The notes below the pieces were generated by a model. The model saw only the letters and a list, made by a program, of their open reading frames with translations. It did no database searches and was not told where the DNA came from. DNA of 64,000 nt from Kiritimatiellia bacterium (lineage in GTDB: Bacteria; Verrucomicrobiota; Kiritimatiellia; RFP12; UBA1067): positions 73,483 to 137,482 of the forward strand of contig JAFWKK010000042.1 of NCBI GenBank assembly GCA_017514235.1, read 5' to 3'. Made by a program: the position numbers and the translations under genes. Positions 19,303-28,932 of this stretch are shown here, in pieces (the first letter of the stretch is position 1; each line of letters begins with the position of its first letter).

Positions 19303-19788
19303 ATGTCAGAGGAAGGCAACAAGGGCGTCGCAAAGTCGACAAGGGTAGGAAAAAGCGGCTTTTCTGGCCGTTTTGACCGTCCTTTGGATGGCAAAAAGCG
19401 CTTCACCATTCCTAGCGAGTGGCGAAACCTTATGGGCGATCCTGAATTCGTCTACGTGATGCCCGACCCGACCGACAGGTGTGTGAACATCATACCAATG
19501 GTGGAGTGGGAAGCCAGAATGGAGAAGCTCAGGGAGAAAGCGCTCTTTGATCCGGCGCTTAAGCCCGTGCTTCAGAAAATCGGCGCCAACTCTGAAATGC
19601 CTGCCCTTGACGTTCAGGGCCGTATCCGCATAAGCGACAAGCTCCTTCAGTTTGCGAACTTGACGACGACTGTCGCTATGCTGGGTGCGGTCCGTATGAT
19701 TCAGCTGTGGGATCCGGCGGTGCTGCCGCCGGTGGACGAGGTCGATCAGGCGGGTCTGGGCGAGGCGCTGGCCATCGCCGGCTTCTGA
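19303..19788 (+). CDS. mraZ: transcriptional regulator MraZ
   Basis: duplicated SpoVT/AbrB-like MraZ fold; GRFDRPLDGKKRFTIP and second-repeat motifs; first gene of the dcw cluster. Confidence 0.8.
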   Translation: MSEEGNKGVAKSTRVGKSGFSGRFDRPLDGKKRFTIPSEWRNLMGDPEFVYVMPDPTDRCVNIIPMVEWEARMEKLREKALFDPALKPVLQKIGANSEMPALDVQGRIRISDKLLQFANLTTTVAMLGAVRMIQLWDPAVLPPVDEVDQAGLGEALAIAGF

Positions 19789-19795
19789 CGGAGGA

Positions 19796-20689
19796 ATGCG
19801 GGCTATGGAAAGTCACGTTCCGGTTCTGTTGGAAGAGACGCTTGAAGTCCTGGCCGTGAAGCCTGGCGGCCGGTATGTGGACGGCACGTTCGGCCGCGGC
19901 GGCCACGCGCGGGAAATCGTCCGAAGAGGCGGGGAAGTCCTGGGCATCGACCGGGACGAGGCGGCCGTAGCGGCTGCGGGCGACATTCGCGTCGTCCATG
20001 GGCGGCACGGCGAAATGAAGGATATTGCAAATGAAAACGGATGGAATGAGGTCGATGGGATATTACTGGACCTTGGTGTGTCGAGTCCTCAGCTGGATGA
20101 CGCCGGACGCGGCTTCAGCTTTCTCCGCGAGGGACCCCTTGACATGCGGATGGACCGCTCGTGCGGAACAAGCGCGGCCGACCTGGTGAACGAGGCAGAC
20201 GAGGCCCGGCTGGAATCCATCTTCCGCGAACTGGGCGAAGAGCCCGGGGCTCGCCGCATTGCGCGGGCGATAGTGCGTCGGCGCGGGTTCAGGACGACGA
20301 CGGAACTGGCGGACTTCGTGGAGCGGACGGTAGGGCGGCATGGCGCACACCATCCGGCGACGCGCGTGTTCCAGGCGCTGCGCATGGCGGTGAACGACGA
20401 GCTGGGGGAGCTGGAGCGGGCTCTTGCCGGCGGCCTGGAGCTGCTGCGGCCGGGCGGGCGCTTTGCCGTCATCGCCTTCGAGAGCTTGAGCGACCGCATC
20501 GTGAAGCGTTTCTTTGCTGCGCACACGGGGCGAATGCAGTCGCTGCAGCAGGGCGGCGAGGAATGGGTTGGAGAGCTGCCGCGCACGCGTACGGTAACGA
20601 GGCGGGCGGTCGTGGCGGGCCGCAGGGAGCAGGAGATTAATCCGCGGTCGCGCAGCGCGCGTCTGCGGGCAATCGAAAGGCTGAAATGA
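19796..20689 (+). CDS. rsmH: 16S rRNA (cytosine1402-N4)-methyltransferase
   Basis: HVPVLLEETLEVLAVKPGGRYVDGTFGRGGHAREI is the diagnostic RsmH N-terminus. Confidence 0.9.
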   Translation: MRAMESHVPVLLEETLEVLAVKPGGRYVDGTFGRGGHAREIVRRGGEVLGIDRDEAAVAAAGDIRVVHGRHGEMKDIANENGWNEVDGILLDLGVSSPQLDDAGRGFSFLREGPLDMRMDRSCGTSAADLVNEADEARLESIFRELGEEPGARRIARAIVRRRGFRTTTELADFVERTVGRHGAHHPATRVFQALRMAVNDELGELERALAGGLELLRPGGRFAVIAFESLSDRIVKRFFAAHTGRMQSLQQGGEEWVGELPRTRTVTRRAVVAGRREQEINPRSRSARLRAIERLK

Positions 20690-21111
20690 GAAAGAACAGG
20701 AAGATTCCGAAGAACCTCTCGGTCGTGGCGGCGAACACGATGCGCTTCGGCGCCATACTGGTGTTCGGGTTCGTGATGGTGATACTGAATCTTCTCGCCT
20801 CGTCGACCTGCAAGCACCTGATGGCGACTAAGGGCAAGATGGAGAAGGAGCTCGCCCGCCTGGAGGATGCGCGGATGCAGGAGTCAACCCGCTGGGAGGA
20901 GATGAAGACTCCTGATCGCATAGAGATCGCGCTTCTCAAGCACGGGCTTTCCATGAAGCTTCCGCGGCCGGACCAGAATGTCCGGATGCGTGCCGACGGC
21001 ACGCCGTACCCGGGGCAGCTTTCGCTGGCTCGCGGGAGACGCCGCGTCGGGAGCGCTTCGGCGGCGCTTTCCAAGCCTGCGGCTCCCGGGGCGCGTCGCC
21101 GGCTGCGCTGA
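20686..21111 (+). CDS. cell-division protein FtsL-like
   Basis: small single-TM protein with a coiled-coil region, positioned between rsmH and ftsI. Confidence 0.5.
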   Translation: MRKNRKIPKNLSVVAANTMRFGAILVFGFVMVILNLLASSTCKHLMATKGKMEKELARLEDARMQESTRWEEMKTPDRIEIALLKHGLSMKLPRPDQNVRMRADGTPYPGQLSLARGRRRVGSASAALSKPAAPGARRRLR

Positions 21112-21128
21112 GGCGGGGTCACTACGCG

Positions 21129-22970
21129 ATGCGCGGCGAGAACAATTGGCGTTTCTGGCTGCCGGTCGCGGCGCTGGCGCTGTTTGCCGTCTATTCGTCT
21201 CAGAAGCTCATCCGCTGCCACGTCGACCCGACGGTCGACGCTCCGGACTATCTCTTCTCGCGCAAGATTCTCGCCCGCCGCGGCTCGATATACTCTTCCT
21301 ACGGCAAGAGCTATCCGTTCGTCAAGTCCGTGCCGTTCTGGGAGTACAGCCTCGACCCGGTTTCGCTGACTAACGCGGTCGTCCGCCGTAAGGGGGAGCC
21401 GCGGCGTCCGAAGAAGGCTATCGTGAAGACGATCGCCGCCGCACTCGGTCTCGATTACCAGCGCGTCTTGGATATGGCAAACGCCGCGCCTCATCGCGGC
21501 TACCGCAATCAGTTCCTCGCCCTCTCGTCCGACCCGGACGCACACCGCACCATTGCCGACTCCACCCTGGTCTCCGGAGTGGCGATACAGGACAAGCAGG
21601 TGAGGCAGTACATCCACGGGCGGCGCCTCGCGCACGTGCTAGGCAGCGTCAACGCCGAGCATGTCGGATCCGCCGGCATCGAGCAGCGGTTCAACCGCGA
21701 CCTGACCGGGACGCCAGGGACCATACAGGGAATGCGCGACGCCTTCCGTCACGAGCTCTACGACCGGCGGAAGGTGTCGATAGACCCGATACCAGGGGCC
21801 GACGTCTACCTGACCATCGACCACAACATACAGTTCGAGGCCGAGGACGCCCTGAAGTGGGGCCTGCAAGAGTTTGGGGCAGGCTCCGGCTGGTGCATCG
21901 TGATGGACTCGCGCACTGGCGCGATCCTGTCGATGGCGTCGCTGCCCGACTTCGAGCCGCTCAGGTTCGGGAGCGCCTCCGACAACGCCAAGATCAACCG
22001 CGCCATAGCCTTCAACTACGAGCCGGGGTCCGTGATGAAGACGTTGACCGTCGCCGCCGCCATCGACTGCGGCTTCGTTCGCCCCGGCACCGTCTACCGC
22101 ACCAACCGCGACGATCCGAACTACTACCGGCTGCCGGGCGACGGGTCGCATGTCTGGGAGCCGACGATGACCATCCGCGACGCGATAGTCCACTCGTCCA
22201 ACATCGTCGTCGGCAAGCTAGGCTACGACATGAAGCCGAAACGCCTCTACTCCTATTTCCGCAAGTTCGGGCTTGGGGAGCTTACCGGCATCGAGCTGCC
22301 GGGCGAGCAGTACGGCATACTGCCTGACCCCAACAAGCGCATGTGGGACATGGCGTCTTGGTCGCGTGCGGCTATCGGCCAGTTCGTCGCCGTTACCGGA
22401 ATACAGCTCATCAGCGCCTATCAGGCTATTGCCAACGACGGGCTGCGAATGCGGCCATACGTCGTTGACAAGGTAGTCGGCTCCGACGGCGCTGAACTTT
22501 ACCGCCATTCGCCTGTTTCGGCCGGTCGCGCCATTTCCGTGCGTACGGCGCACACGATGCGCGACATCATGCTCGACGTCGCCTCGCCGAAGGGCACGGC
22601 CCGCCGCGCCGCGATACGCGGCTACTCCGTCGCGGGAAAGACCGGCACCGCCCAGAAGCACCTGCCAGGCATCAAGGGATATGCGCCCGGGCTTTATCGC
22701 GCGTCGTTCTGCGGCATAGTGCCGGCGTCGGATCCTCGCCTTGTCATTCTAGTCACGCTCGACTTCGACAAGCTCACCAAGTTCCACCAGGGCGGCAATT
22801 CCGCCGGACCGGTCTTTCGGCGCATAGCGACCGCCGCGCTTCGCTATCTCATGATCCATCCGGACCGCCCCGACGAGCTCGCCGAGTTCGATGACGACGA
22901 CGAGTTCGACCGCATCATGGAGGAACGCGCGCGCAAGCGCGCCGGAGTGAGCGCCGGCACCGAGCGGTAG
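21129..22970 (+). CDS. ftsI: peptidoglycan D,D-transpeptidase (penicillin-binding protein FtsI/PBP2 class)
   Basis: N-terminal TM, PBP dimerisation region, then transpeptidase motifs S-x-x-K (SVMK), SSN and KTGT. Confidence 0.85.
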   Translation: MRGENNWRFWLPVAALALFAVYSSQKLIRCHVDPTVDAPDYLFSRKILARRGSIYSSYGKSYPFVKSVPFWEYSLDPVSLTNAVVRRKGEPRRPKKAIVKTIAAALGLDYQRVLDMANAAPHRGYRNQFLALSSDPDAHRTIADSTLVSGVAIQDKQVRQYIHGRRLAHVLGSVNAEHVGSAGIEQRFNRDLTGTPGTIQGMRDAFRHELYDRRKVSIDPIPGADVYLTIDHNIQFEAEDALKWGLQEFGAGSGWCIVMDSRTGAILSMASLPDFEPLRFGSASDNAKINRAIAFNYEPGSVMKTLTVAAAIDCGFVRPGTVYRTNRDDPNYYRLPGDGSHVWEPTMTIRDAIVHSSNIVVGKLGYDMKPKRLYSYFRKFGLGELTGIELPGEQYGILPDPNKRMWDMASWSRAAIGQFVAVTGIQLISAYQAIANDGLRMRPYVVDKVVGSDGAELYRHSPVSAGRAISVRTAHTMRDIMLDVASPKGTARRAAIRGYSVAGKTGTAQKHLPGIKGYAPGLYRASFCGIVPASDPRLVILVTLDFDKLTKFHQGGNSAGPVFRRIATAALRYLMIHPDRPDELAEFDDDDEFDRIMEERARKRAGVSAGTER

Positions 22971-22993
22971 CAGTTGCGGGAACGCGGGGAAAA

Positions 22994-23002
22994 GCGTATA
23001 AT
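22994..23002 (+). promoter_or_regulatory. extended -10 GCGTATAAT upstream of pgi
   Basis: motif 35 nt upstream of the pgi ATG, with AGGAGATGG next to the start. Confidence 0.4.
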
Positions 23003-23037
23003 TCCCGCCCGAAGTCAACGGCAGAACAACACAGGAG

Positions 23038-24666
23038 ATGGCTGAAATGGCAGACAAGTGGGCGAATCTCGACGACGCGATGACGGCATCGAGAAAGAAG
23101 ACGATAGCGGAGCTGTTCGCGGAAGATCCCGACCGGGCCAAGCGCTTCTCGGTCGAGGCGGCAGGGTGGTTTCTCGACTACTCGAAGAACCGCGTGGATC
23201 GGGCGGCGATGAAGTCGCTCGTTAAGCTCGCCGAGGAATCGGGGCTGAAGGACGAGATCGAGCGCATGTTCACGGGCGAGAAGATCAACCGCACCGAGAA
23301 CCGCGCCGTGCTGCACACAGCCCTCAGGAACTGCGATCCCGCGGCGAAAGTGTTCGTGGACGGCAAGGACGTCATGCCGGACGTTCGCGCCACGCTCGCC
23401 CGCATGGGCGATTTCGCTGACCGTGTGAGGACGGGCAAGTGGCGCGGCTACACGGGCAAGCGCATCCGCTACGTGGTTAACATCGGAATCGGCGGCAGCG
23501 ACCTCGGCCCCGTCATGGCGAACCTCGCGCTTACGCCGTACGCGAAGCGCAGCCTCCGTTTCTTCTTCGTCTCCAACGTCGACTCCACCCATCTCGCCGA
23601 GACGCTGCGGGCGGTCAAGCCGGCCGAGACTCTCTTCATAGTCGCGTCGAAGACGTTCACCACGCAGGAGACGATGTCCAATGCCCGCGCCGCGCGCGAG
23701 TGGCTCGTGGGGCGGCTGCCGGGCGTCAACCCGAACGACGTCGTGTCCAGGCACTTCGTGGCGGTGTCCACGAACGCCGATGAGGTCTCGAAGTTCGGCA
23801 TCGACACTGCGAACATGTTCGGCTTCTGGGACTGGGTGGGCGGCCGATATTCGCTGCCGTCGGCGATCGGCCTTTCGCTGATGATCGCCATCGGCCGCGC
23901 CAACTACGCGAAGTTCCTGAAAGGCTACTGGAAGATGGACTGCCACTTCCGCACCGCGAAGTTCGAGAAGAACATGCCGGTCATCATGGCGCTCCTCGGC
24001 ATCCTGTATTCGGACGGCTATGGCGCGGAAACCTACTGCTGCCTGCCGTACGACCAGTATCTCGCGCGCTTCCCCGCGTACCTCCAGCAGATGGACATGG
24101 AATCGAACGGAAAGGGGGTCGACCGCGACGGCAAGCCCGTGTCCCGCGCCACCGGACCTATCGCGTGGGGCGAGCCCGGCACCAACGGGCAGCATTCGTT
24201 CTACCAGCTCATCCACCAGGGGACGCACCTCATCCCGTGCGACTTCATCGGCTGCTGCAAGACGCACAACCCGATCGGCGACCTGCACGACAAGCTGATG
24301 GCTAACCTCTTCGCGCAGACGGAGGCGCTGGCGTTCGGCAAGACGGCCGAGCAGTGCCGCGCCGAGGGCGTGCCGGAGGAGCTTGTGCCGTTCAAGACTT
24401 TCACGGGAAACCGTCCAACGAACACACTGCTCTGCAAGGAGCTTGTTCCCGAGACGCTCGGCGCGCTCATCGCCTTGTACGAGCATAAGGTCTTCACGCA
24501 GGGCGTCATACTGAACATCTACTCGTTCGACCAGTGGGGCGTGCAGCTCGGCAAGGTGCTGGCCAAGGGCGTACTTGCGGACCTTACGGCGGAGAAGCCC
24601 GCCGGCGGCCACGACGGCTCCACGGCGCAGCTCATAGCCCGCTACCGCGCCGCCGTCGGCCGGTGA
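23038..24666 (+). CDS. pgi: glucose-6-phosphate isomerase
   Basis: PGI signature regions [32 protein letters not shown]. Confidence 0.9.
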   Translation: MAEMADKWANLDDAMTASRKKTIAELFAEDPDRAKRFSVEAAGWFLDYSKNRVDRAAMKSLVKLAEESGLKDEIERMFTGEKINRTENRAVLHTALRNCDPAAKVFVDGKDVMPDVRATLARMGDFADRVRTGKWRGYTGKRIRYVVNIGIGGSDLGPVMANLALTPYAKRSLRFFFVSNVDSTHLAETLRAVKPAETLFIVASKTFTTQETMSNARAAREWLVGRLPGVNPNDVVSRHFVAVSTNADEVSKFGIDTANMFGFWDWVGGRYSLPSAIGLSLMIAIGRANYAKFLKGYWKMDCHFRTAKFEKNMPVIMALLGILYSDGYGAETYCCLPYDQYLARFPAYLQQMDMESNGKGVDRDGKPVSRATGPIAWGEPGTNGQHSFYQLIHQGTHLIPCDFIGCCKTHNPIGDLHDKLMANLFAQTEALAFGKTAEQCRAEGVPEELVPFKTFTGNRPTNTLLCKELVPETLGALIALYEHKVFTQGVILNIYSFDQWGVQLGKVLAKGVLADLTAEKPAGGHDGSTAQLIARYRAAVGR

Positions 24667-24698
24667 ACCGCAGTGCCGCCTGCGGCGTTGAAGAAGTT

Positions 24699-25061
24699 GT
24701 GAACCTGGCAGATCTATTTCAGAAGGGTGGGCCCGTGATGTGGCCCATCCTGGCGCTGTCGGTGCTGGGCCTGGCGATCCTGGTCTGGAAGGCGCTCGAG
24801 TTTCGCGCCGGGCGCCGCGACGGACGCGGCCTCACCGTCGTCTCGACGATAATCACGGCGGAGCCGATGCTCGGCATCCTGGGCACGGTGATCGGCATCA
24901 TCCGCACGTTCTCGTCGCTTGACGCCGCCGGCGGCGTCACGAATCCGCTGTCCGCGACTGCCGGCATAGGAGAGGCGCTCATCACGACGGCCGGCGGGCT
25001 CATTGCCTCGCTCGTGCTGCTGTTCCCGTACAACATCCTTGCTGGCAGGGCCGAGGAATGA
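24699..25061 (+). CDS. MotA/TolQ/ExbB proton-channel family protein (short form)
   Basis: three hydrophobic helices with the conserved GLLGTV.G and G.A..TT motifs; start uncertain (GTG at 24699 or ATG at 24738). Confidence 0.6.
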   Translation: MNLADLFQKGGPVMWPILALSVLGLAILVWKALEFRAGRRDGRGLTVVSTIITAEPMLGILGTVIGIIRTFSSLDAAGGVTNPLSATAGIGEALITTAGGLIASLVLLFPYNILAGRAEE

Positions 25062-25450
25062 AGCGGAGTCGGAAGGCGAGGCTTGAGCTGACGCCGCTTC
25101 TGGACGTCATGTTCCTTGTGCTTGTCTTCTTCATATACTGCATCTTCGACATGGCGGTCCACCGCGGCGTGAAGGTCGACCTGCCCGACGCCAAGGGCGT
25201 TCCGGAGAACGGCGAGCGCATCGTCATTACTATCGGGGCCGACGACTCGATGCAGCTGAACGGCATCGACACTACGAAGGAGGACGCGCTCGCCCGTGTC
25301 ATGAAGCTGCAGGCGGCGAACGTGAAGCTGCCGGTGCTGATCTCCGGCGACCGAAAGTCGTCCCTCGGCCTTGGTGTCGAGCTGCTGGCGGCGCTGAAGG
25401 AGGCGGGCGTGGAGGCGGCCAGCATCCAGGTGTCGGGGAAGCGGAAGTGA
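25058..25450 (+). CDS. biopolymer transport protein ExbD/TolR
   Basis: LTPLLDVMFLVLVFF TM followed by a periplasmic domain; overlaps the upstream stop. Confidence 0.8.
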   Translation: MKRSRKARLELTPLLDVMFLVLVFFIYCIFDMAVHRGVKVDLPDAKGVPENGERIVITIGADDSMQLNGIDTTKEDALARVMKLQAANVKLPVLISGDRKSSLGLGVELLAALKEAGVEAASIQVSGKRK

Positions 25451-26139
25451 GGAACGCCGTCCTTGCGCTGCTCGCGTCGCTGGCGCTGCACGCCTGCCTG
25501 GCGGCGGCGCTGGCCCTCTGCCTTTCACAGGGCTCCGTGCCGGAGGTCGCGGTTTCGCTAGACCTCGCGCACGTGGAGCTGAGCTTTGCCGAGCAAGAGA
25601 ACCTTGCCGCGCCGGTAGCCGCGCCGGTAGCCGCGCCGGATGCTCCGCCGCCTGCGAAGCCGCCGTCGCCGCGTCCGCCGGCTGACGAGGCTCCGGTCAC
25701 CGGAGACCTGCCGTTGCCCTCGCCCCCGGAGATTGCGTCCGCGCCGCCGCTGGAGCCGGAAGAGCCGCCTGTGGCGATGGAGACTCCGGAACGCCCGTCT
25801 GATGAAGCGCCGTCGGAACAGCATCGGCCGCCTGCGCCGGACTCCGCCGCGCCGCGGCAGGCGAAGCTGACGGCTCCGCCACGGCCGAGAACGAGCATAC
25901 GTCCCGACTATCCGAAGGGAGCGCGGCAGCGCGGCGAACAGGGCGAAGTCGTGCTGGAGATTTCCGTAGGCGCGGACGGGACGGTTGACGGCGTTTCCGT
26001 TGTGTCGTCCAGCGGCTTTTCCGAACTGGACGAGGCTGCCGTGCGGGCGACGCGTCGCGCACGTTTCACGCCGGCGCAGGCGGGCGGCCACGCCGTCTCC
26101 TCAATGGCGCGCCTGACGCTTGCGTTCAGGCTGAAATAG
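25447..26139 (+). CDS. energy transducer TonB
   Basis: N-terminal TM, Pro-rich spacer (PPPAKPPSPRPP...), C-terminal TonB domain. Confidence 0.75.
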   Translation: MRNAVLALLASLALHACLAAALALCLSQGSVPEVAVSLDLAHVELSFAEQENLAAPVAAPVAAPDAPPPAKPPSPRPPADEAPVTGDLPLPSPPEIASAPPLEPEEPPVAMETPERPSDEAPSEQHRPPAPDSAAPRQAKLTAPPRPRTSIRPDYPKGARQRGEQGEVVLEISVGADGTVDGVSVVSSSGFSELDEAAVRATRRARFTPAQAGGHAVSSMARLTLAFRLK

Positions 26140-26247
26140 GTCGGCGTTACTTGATTTTGGCCGCTGACTTTAGTAAACTAGCCTCATTACTCACAGTGGC
26201 TTTTGTCGTTGAGCGGAAATCTGTGTGGAAACAAGAAGACAAAAATC

Positions 26248-28416
26248 ATGAGCGTAAGAAAATCTCTGGTTGCGGTGGCGGCGATGTCAATGTCGCTTGC
26301 GGCGAACGCTTCGGTTTTTAACGTGCTGGAATTCGGCGCGAAGGGCGACGGCGTTGCCAAGGACACCGCTGCCGTGCAAAAGGCGGTCGATGCGGCGAAT
26401 GCGGCGGGCGGCGGCGAGGTGCTGTTGCCGAAGGGCACGTATCTCTGCGGCTCCGTGTTCCTCAAGAGCGGAGTGGATTTCCACCTTGCCGACGGCGCGG
26501 TGCTGAAGGGCAGCCCGGAGCCGGCCGACTACAATGCGGTCGATGTCGCGCCGCAGAACAGCGGACGGCTCGGCGCTGGCGACAACGCCAGCGGCGGACA
26601 TCTCCTTCTTTGCATCGAGCAGAAGGACGTGACGTTGCGCGGCCCCGGCAAGATCGACGGGAACTCTGGCGCGTTCCTGAAGATGCCGGACGGCTCGCAC
26701 CCGAAGAGCAAGCTGGAGATACCGTGGCGTCCCTCGCAGATGGTGTGGTTCGTGGAATCGCAGAACGTCGCGATCCGCGACATCGAGCTTGCTGACGCGC
26801 CGTACTGGAGCTGCTTCGTCTACGGTTGCGAGGACGTGACGGTGGAACGCGCAAACATACACACCGTCCGTAAGCCGCACACTTACAACGGCGACGGGCT
26901 GGACATCGATTCCTCGCGTCGCGTGCGCGTGACGGGCTGCACCATATCCACCGCCGACGACTCCATCACGCTCCGCGCCGACGGCGCACGGCTCAAGCGC
27001 GCCGGCGACTGCGCGGAGGTGACGGTCTCAAACTGCACGTTCTCGTCGGACTGCAACGCAATCCGTCTCGGCGTCGGCAACGGACGCATTCGCGACTGCT
27101 CGTTCGGCGACATCCGGATCGAGAACACGCGCTACGCGGTGAACGCCGTAGGCGCGTGGTCGCGTCCTGAGCATGGCGCGGACATCTCGCGCATCTCGTT
27201 TGAGAACATGGAGATTGACGCGAAGGGATTCTGCAAGTTCTACTACAAGATGGCGACGGAAAGCGTGTTTGACGGCATCACCTTCCGGCACGTGCGCGGC
27301 AAGGTGCGCGAGCCGTCGATTTTCGACGACACTCCGACTCGTCCGTTCCGGAACCTGCGTTTCGAAGACGTCAGGCTTGACGGCGAAACGAGTTCTAGGG
27401 TCAAGGCGCCGTCGACGGCGGAAAGTGTTGCCGTTGCGTTGACCAACGGTACGGCCTTTCTGCTGTCCCGGCAGGCCGAGGACGGGCACTGGAGCGATCC
27501 GCAGATGCCGGCGCTGACGGCGCTGCCGCTGTGGGCACTGACCTGCGCGGGCGCCGCTGACGCCGCCGAGTCGTGCCGCCGCGCCGCCGCGTTCGTGCTT
27601 TCCACCCAGCGTCCCGACGGCGGCTTCTACGTGCCGAAGCCAGGGCGCGGCGGCTCGGGGCTCGGCAACTACAACACGTCCGTCTGCCTCGCAGCGCTTT
27701 TCGACTCGGGACTTGCGCCGAAGTCCGCGATGCTTCGCGCGCGCGCGTACATAGCCTCCTCTCAGCTGACCGGCGACGACACGATGGCAGGAGGCTTCGG
27801 ATACGACAAGGTTTCGCGGCGCCGATACGCCGACCTCTCCAACACCGCCTACGCGATGGACGCGATGGCCAGGACCGCGTCGCTCGAGGAGCTTCGCTCC
27901 GACGGCAGCGCACGCGCCGACCTTGACTGGGAAAAGGCGCTGAAGTTCATCGACGGACTGATGGAGAAGGACGGACCCGATGCCGGCGGCGCGGCATACA
28001 ACGAACGGACGCCTCAGGCCGGCACGTCAACCAACGCGCAGGGACGCGTCCATCTCCGCGCCTACGGGTCAATGACCTACGCCGCCGTCCTTTCGATGTG
28101 CGCGGCGAAGCTCGACAGGGGCGACCCGCGCGTGCGGCAGTCGCTGGAGTACCTGGCGACTAACTGGACCGTTGACGAGAACCCCGGGATGGGAAGCCAG
28201 GGGCTGTACTACTTTTACGACATCATGGCGAGGGCGCTTTCCGCCGCCAAGGTGGACGAGGTAGGCGGCCATGCCTGGCGGAAGGAGCTTGCGGCGAAGG
28301 TCGTCTCGCTTCAGAAGCCGGACGGCAGCTGGAGCAACGACAACAACCGCTTCTGGGAGGCTGATCCTGTTCTTTGCACGTCGTTTGCGATGATCGTGCT
28401 CGCCCTCTGCCGCTGA
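26248..28416 (+). CDS. secreted GH28-like / pectin-lyase-fold beta-helix protein fused to C-terminal alpha/alpha-toroid (prenyltransferase/squalene-cyclase-like repeat) domain
   Basis: signal peptide MSVRKSLVAVAAMSMSLAANA; FNVLEFGAKGDGVAKDTAAVQKAVDAA is the classic GH28/pectate-lyase-superfamily start; C-terminal half has repeated QxxDGGF / DGSWS motifs. Confidence 0.6.
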   Translation: MSVRKSLVAVAAMSMSLAANASVFNVLEFGAKGDGVAKDTAAVQKAVDAANAAGGGEVLLPKGTYLCGSVFLKSGVDFHLADGAVLKGSPEPADYNAVDVAPQNSGRLGAGDNASGGHLLLCIEQKDVTLRGPGKIDGNSGAFLKMPDGSHPKSKLEIPWRPSQMVWFVESQNVAIRDIELADAPYWSCFVYGCEDVTVERANIHTVRKPHTYNGDGLDIDSSRRVRVTGCTISTADDSITLRADGARLKRAGDCAEVTVSNCTFSSDCNAIRLGVGNGRIRDCSFGDIRIENTRYAVNAVGAWSRPEHGADISRISFENMEIDAKGFCKFYYKMATESVFDGITFRHVRGKVREPSIFDDTPTRPFRNLRFEDVRLDGETSSRVKAPSTAESVAVALTNGTAFLLSRQAEDGHWSDPQMPALTALPLWALTCAGAADAAESCRRAAAFVLSTQRPDGGFYVPKPGRGGSGLGNYNTSVCLAALFDSGLAPKSAMLRARAYIASSQLTGDDTMAGGFGYDKVSRRRYADLSNTAYAMDAMARTASLEELRSDGSARADLDWEKALKFIDGLMEKDGPDAGGAAYNERTPQAGTSTNAQGRVHLRAYGSMTYAAVLSMCAAKLDRGDPRVRQSLEYLATNWTVDENPGMGSQGLYYFYDIMARALSAAKVDEVGGHAWRKELAAKVVSLQKPDGSWSNDNNRFWEADPVLCTSFAMIVLALCR

Positions 28417-28599
28417 AGCCTCCGCCACCGCCGTGTCGTTTAGACCTTCGGTCGCGGCAGATGCGGCGCGGCACGAAAGCGGGTCTAAAGCCCGACACGA
28501 AAAATCCCACGTTTCGCCTCCATTTCGCGAGATTTCGTGTACCGCGAAGGCGGTTTTTGTGTCCTGCGTACGGCGCACCCTGAAAGGGGCGGCGGTTGC

Positions 28600-28639
28600 G
28601 GCGCGACTGGCGAGGCGACGCCTCGGGCCAGGTCGCGCC
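28600..28639 (+). other. GC-rich near-perfect hairpin in the intergenic region downstream of the GH28-like gene
   Basis: GGCGCGACTGGCGAGGCG-A-CGCCTCGGGCCAGGTCGCGCC; no T-tract, so not a canonical intrinsic terminator. Confidence 0.3.
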
Positions 28640-28750
28640 GCAATCGCCGTACGTTGCCGCATGGCAACGCGCCGTTCGCAGGCGTTCGTGGTCGCGCGTA
28701 GCGCAATCATTCCACAATCGAGCATCATATTACTTGGAGTGACCTCCCCC

Positions 28751-28780
28751 TTGACTTGATGTAACCAATAGGTTAAAATA
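28751..28780 (+). promoter_or_regulatory. sigma70-like promoter TTGACT-N18-TAAAAT at the island boundary
   Basis: clean -35/-10 pair in an AT-rich stretch, pointing into the first four-helix-bundle element. Confidence 0.45.
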
Positions 28781-28834
28781 CGCGTCAGACGGTTCGGATG
28801 ATAGTCATGTCATCTATGGACAAAATAGCTATTG

Positions 28835-28872
28835 TGAGGTATTCGGCTGCATACCCCACGGGCGCGGAGCGT
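28835..28872 (+). repeat. 38-nt conserved leader motif, copy 1 (identical to 45029-45066)
   Basis: TGAGGTATTCGGCTGCATACCCCACGGGCGCGGAGCGT, exact match to copy 2; contains the small hairpin GGTAT-TCGGCTGC-ATACC. Confidence 0.85.
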
Positions 28873-28874
28873 AT

Positions 28875-28932
28875 GCTTAGTTGGAGGTAGGAGTTGGAGT
28901 TGGAGGTAGGAGTTGGAGGTAGGAGTTGGAGG
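28875..28932 (+). repeat. purine-rich tandem array (unit about TTGGAGGTAGGAG, about 4 copies) upstream of four-helix-bundle gene 1
   Basis: direct repeats read from the sequence; roughly complementary to the array at 29305-29435. Confidence 0.85.

Noticed and set aside
28545-28566. ACCGCGAAGGCGGTTTTTGTGT as an intrinsic terminator for the GH28-like gene
   Set aside because: The stem is only 5 bp and it lies about 130 nt past the stop. It is too weak to call, although the T-run is present.
205-28728. Many long minus-strand ORFs in the GC-rich half (for example 205..2013, 1538..2458, 2509..4293, 5651..6577, 7927..9024, 9021..10217, 11800..12675, 13108..14070, 14580..15548, 15954..17798, 18362..19228, 20089..20817, 20637..21635, 22915..24612, 24719..25528, 25558..26091, 28069..28728)
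   Set aside because: They lie antisense to plus-strand genes with clear family signatures. Their products are Arg/Ala/Pro-rich low-complexity strings, typical of stop-codon-poor antisense frames in high-GC DNA. The one minus-strand ORF I kept (6626..7561) is the exception, as it has a GT8-like N-terminus and no competing plus-strand gene.
28417-28930. tRNA or tmRNA at the island boundary as an integration site
   Set aside because: Inspection of the roughly 500-nt GC-rich spacer found hairpins but nothing with a cloverleaf, T-loop GTTCRANYC or 3' CCA context.
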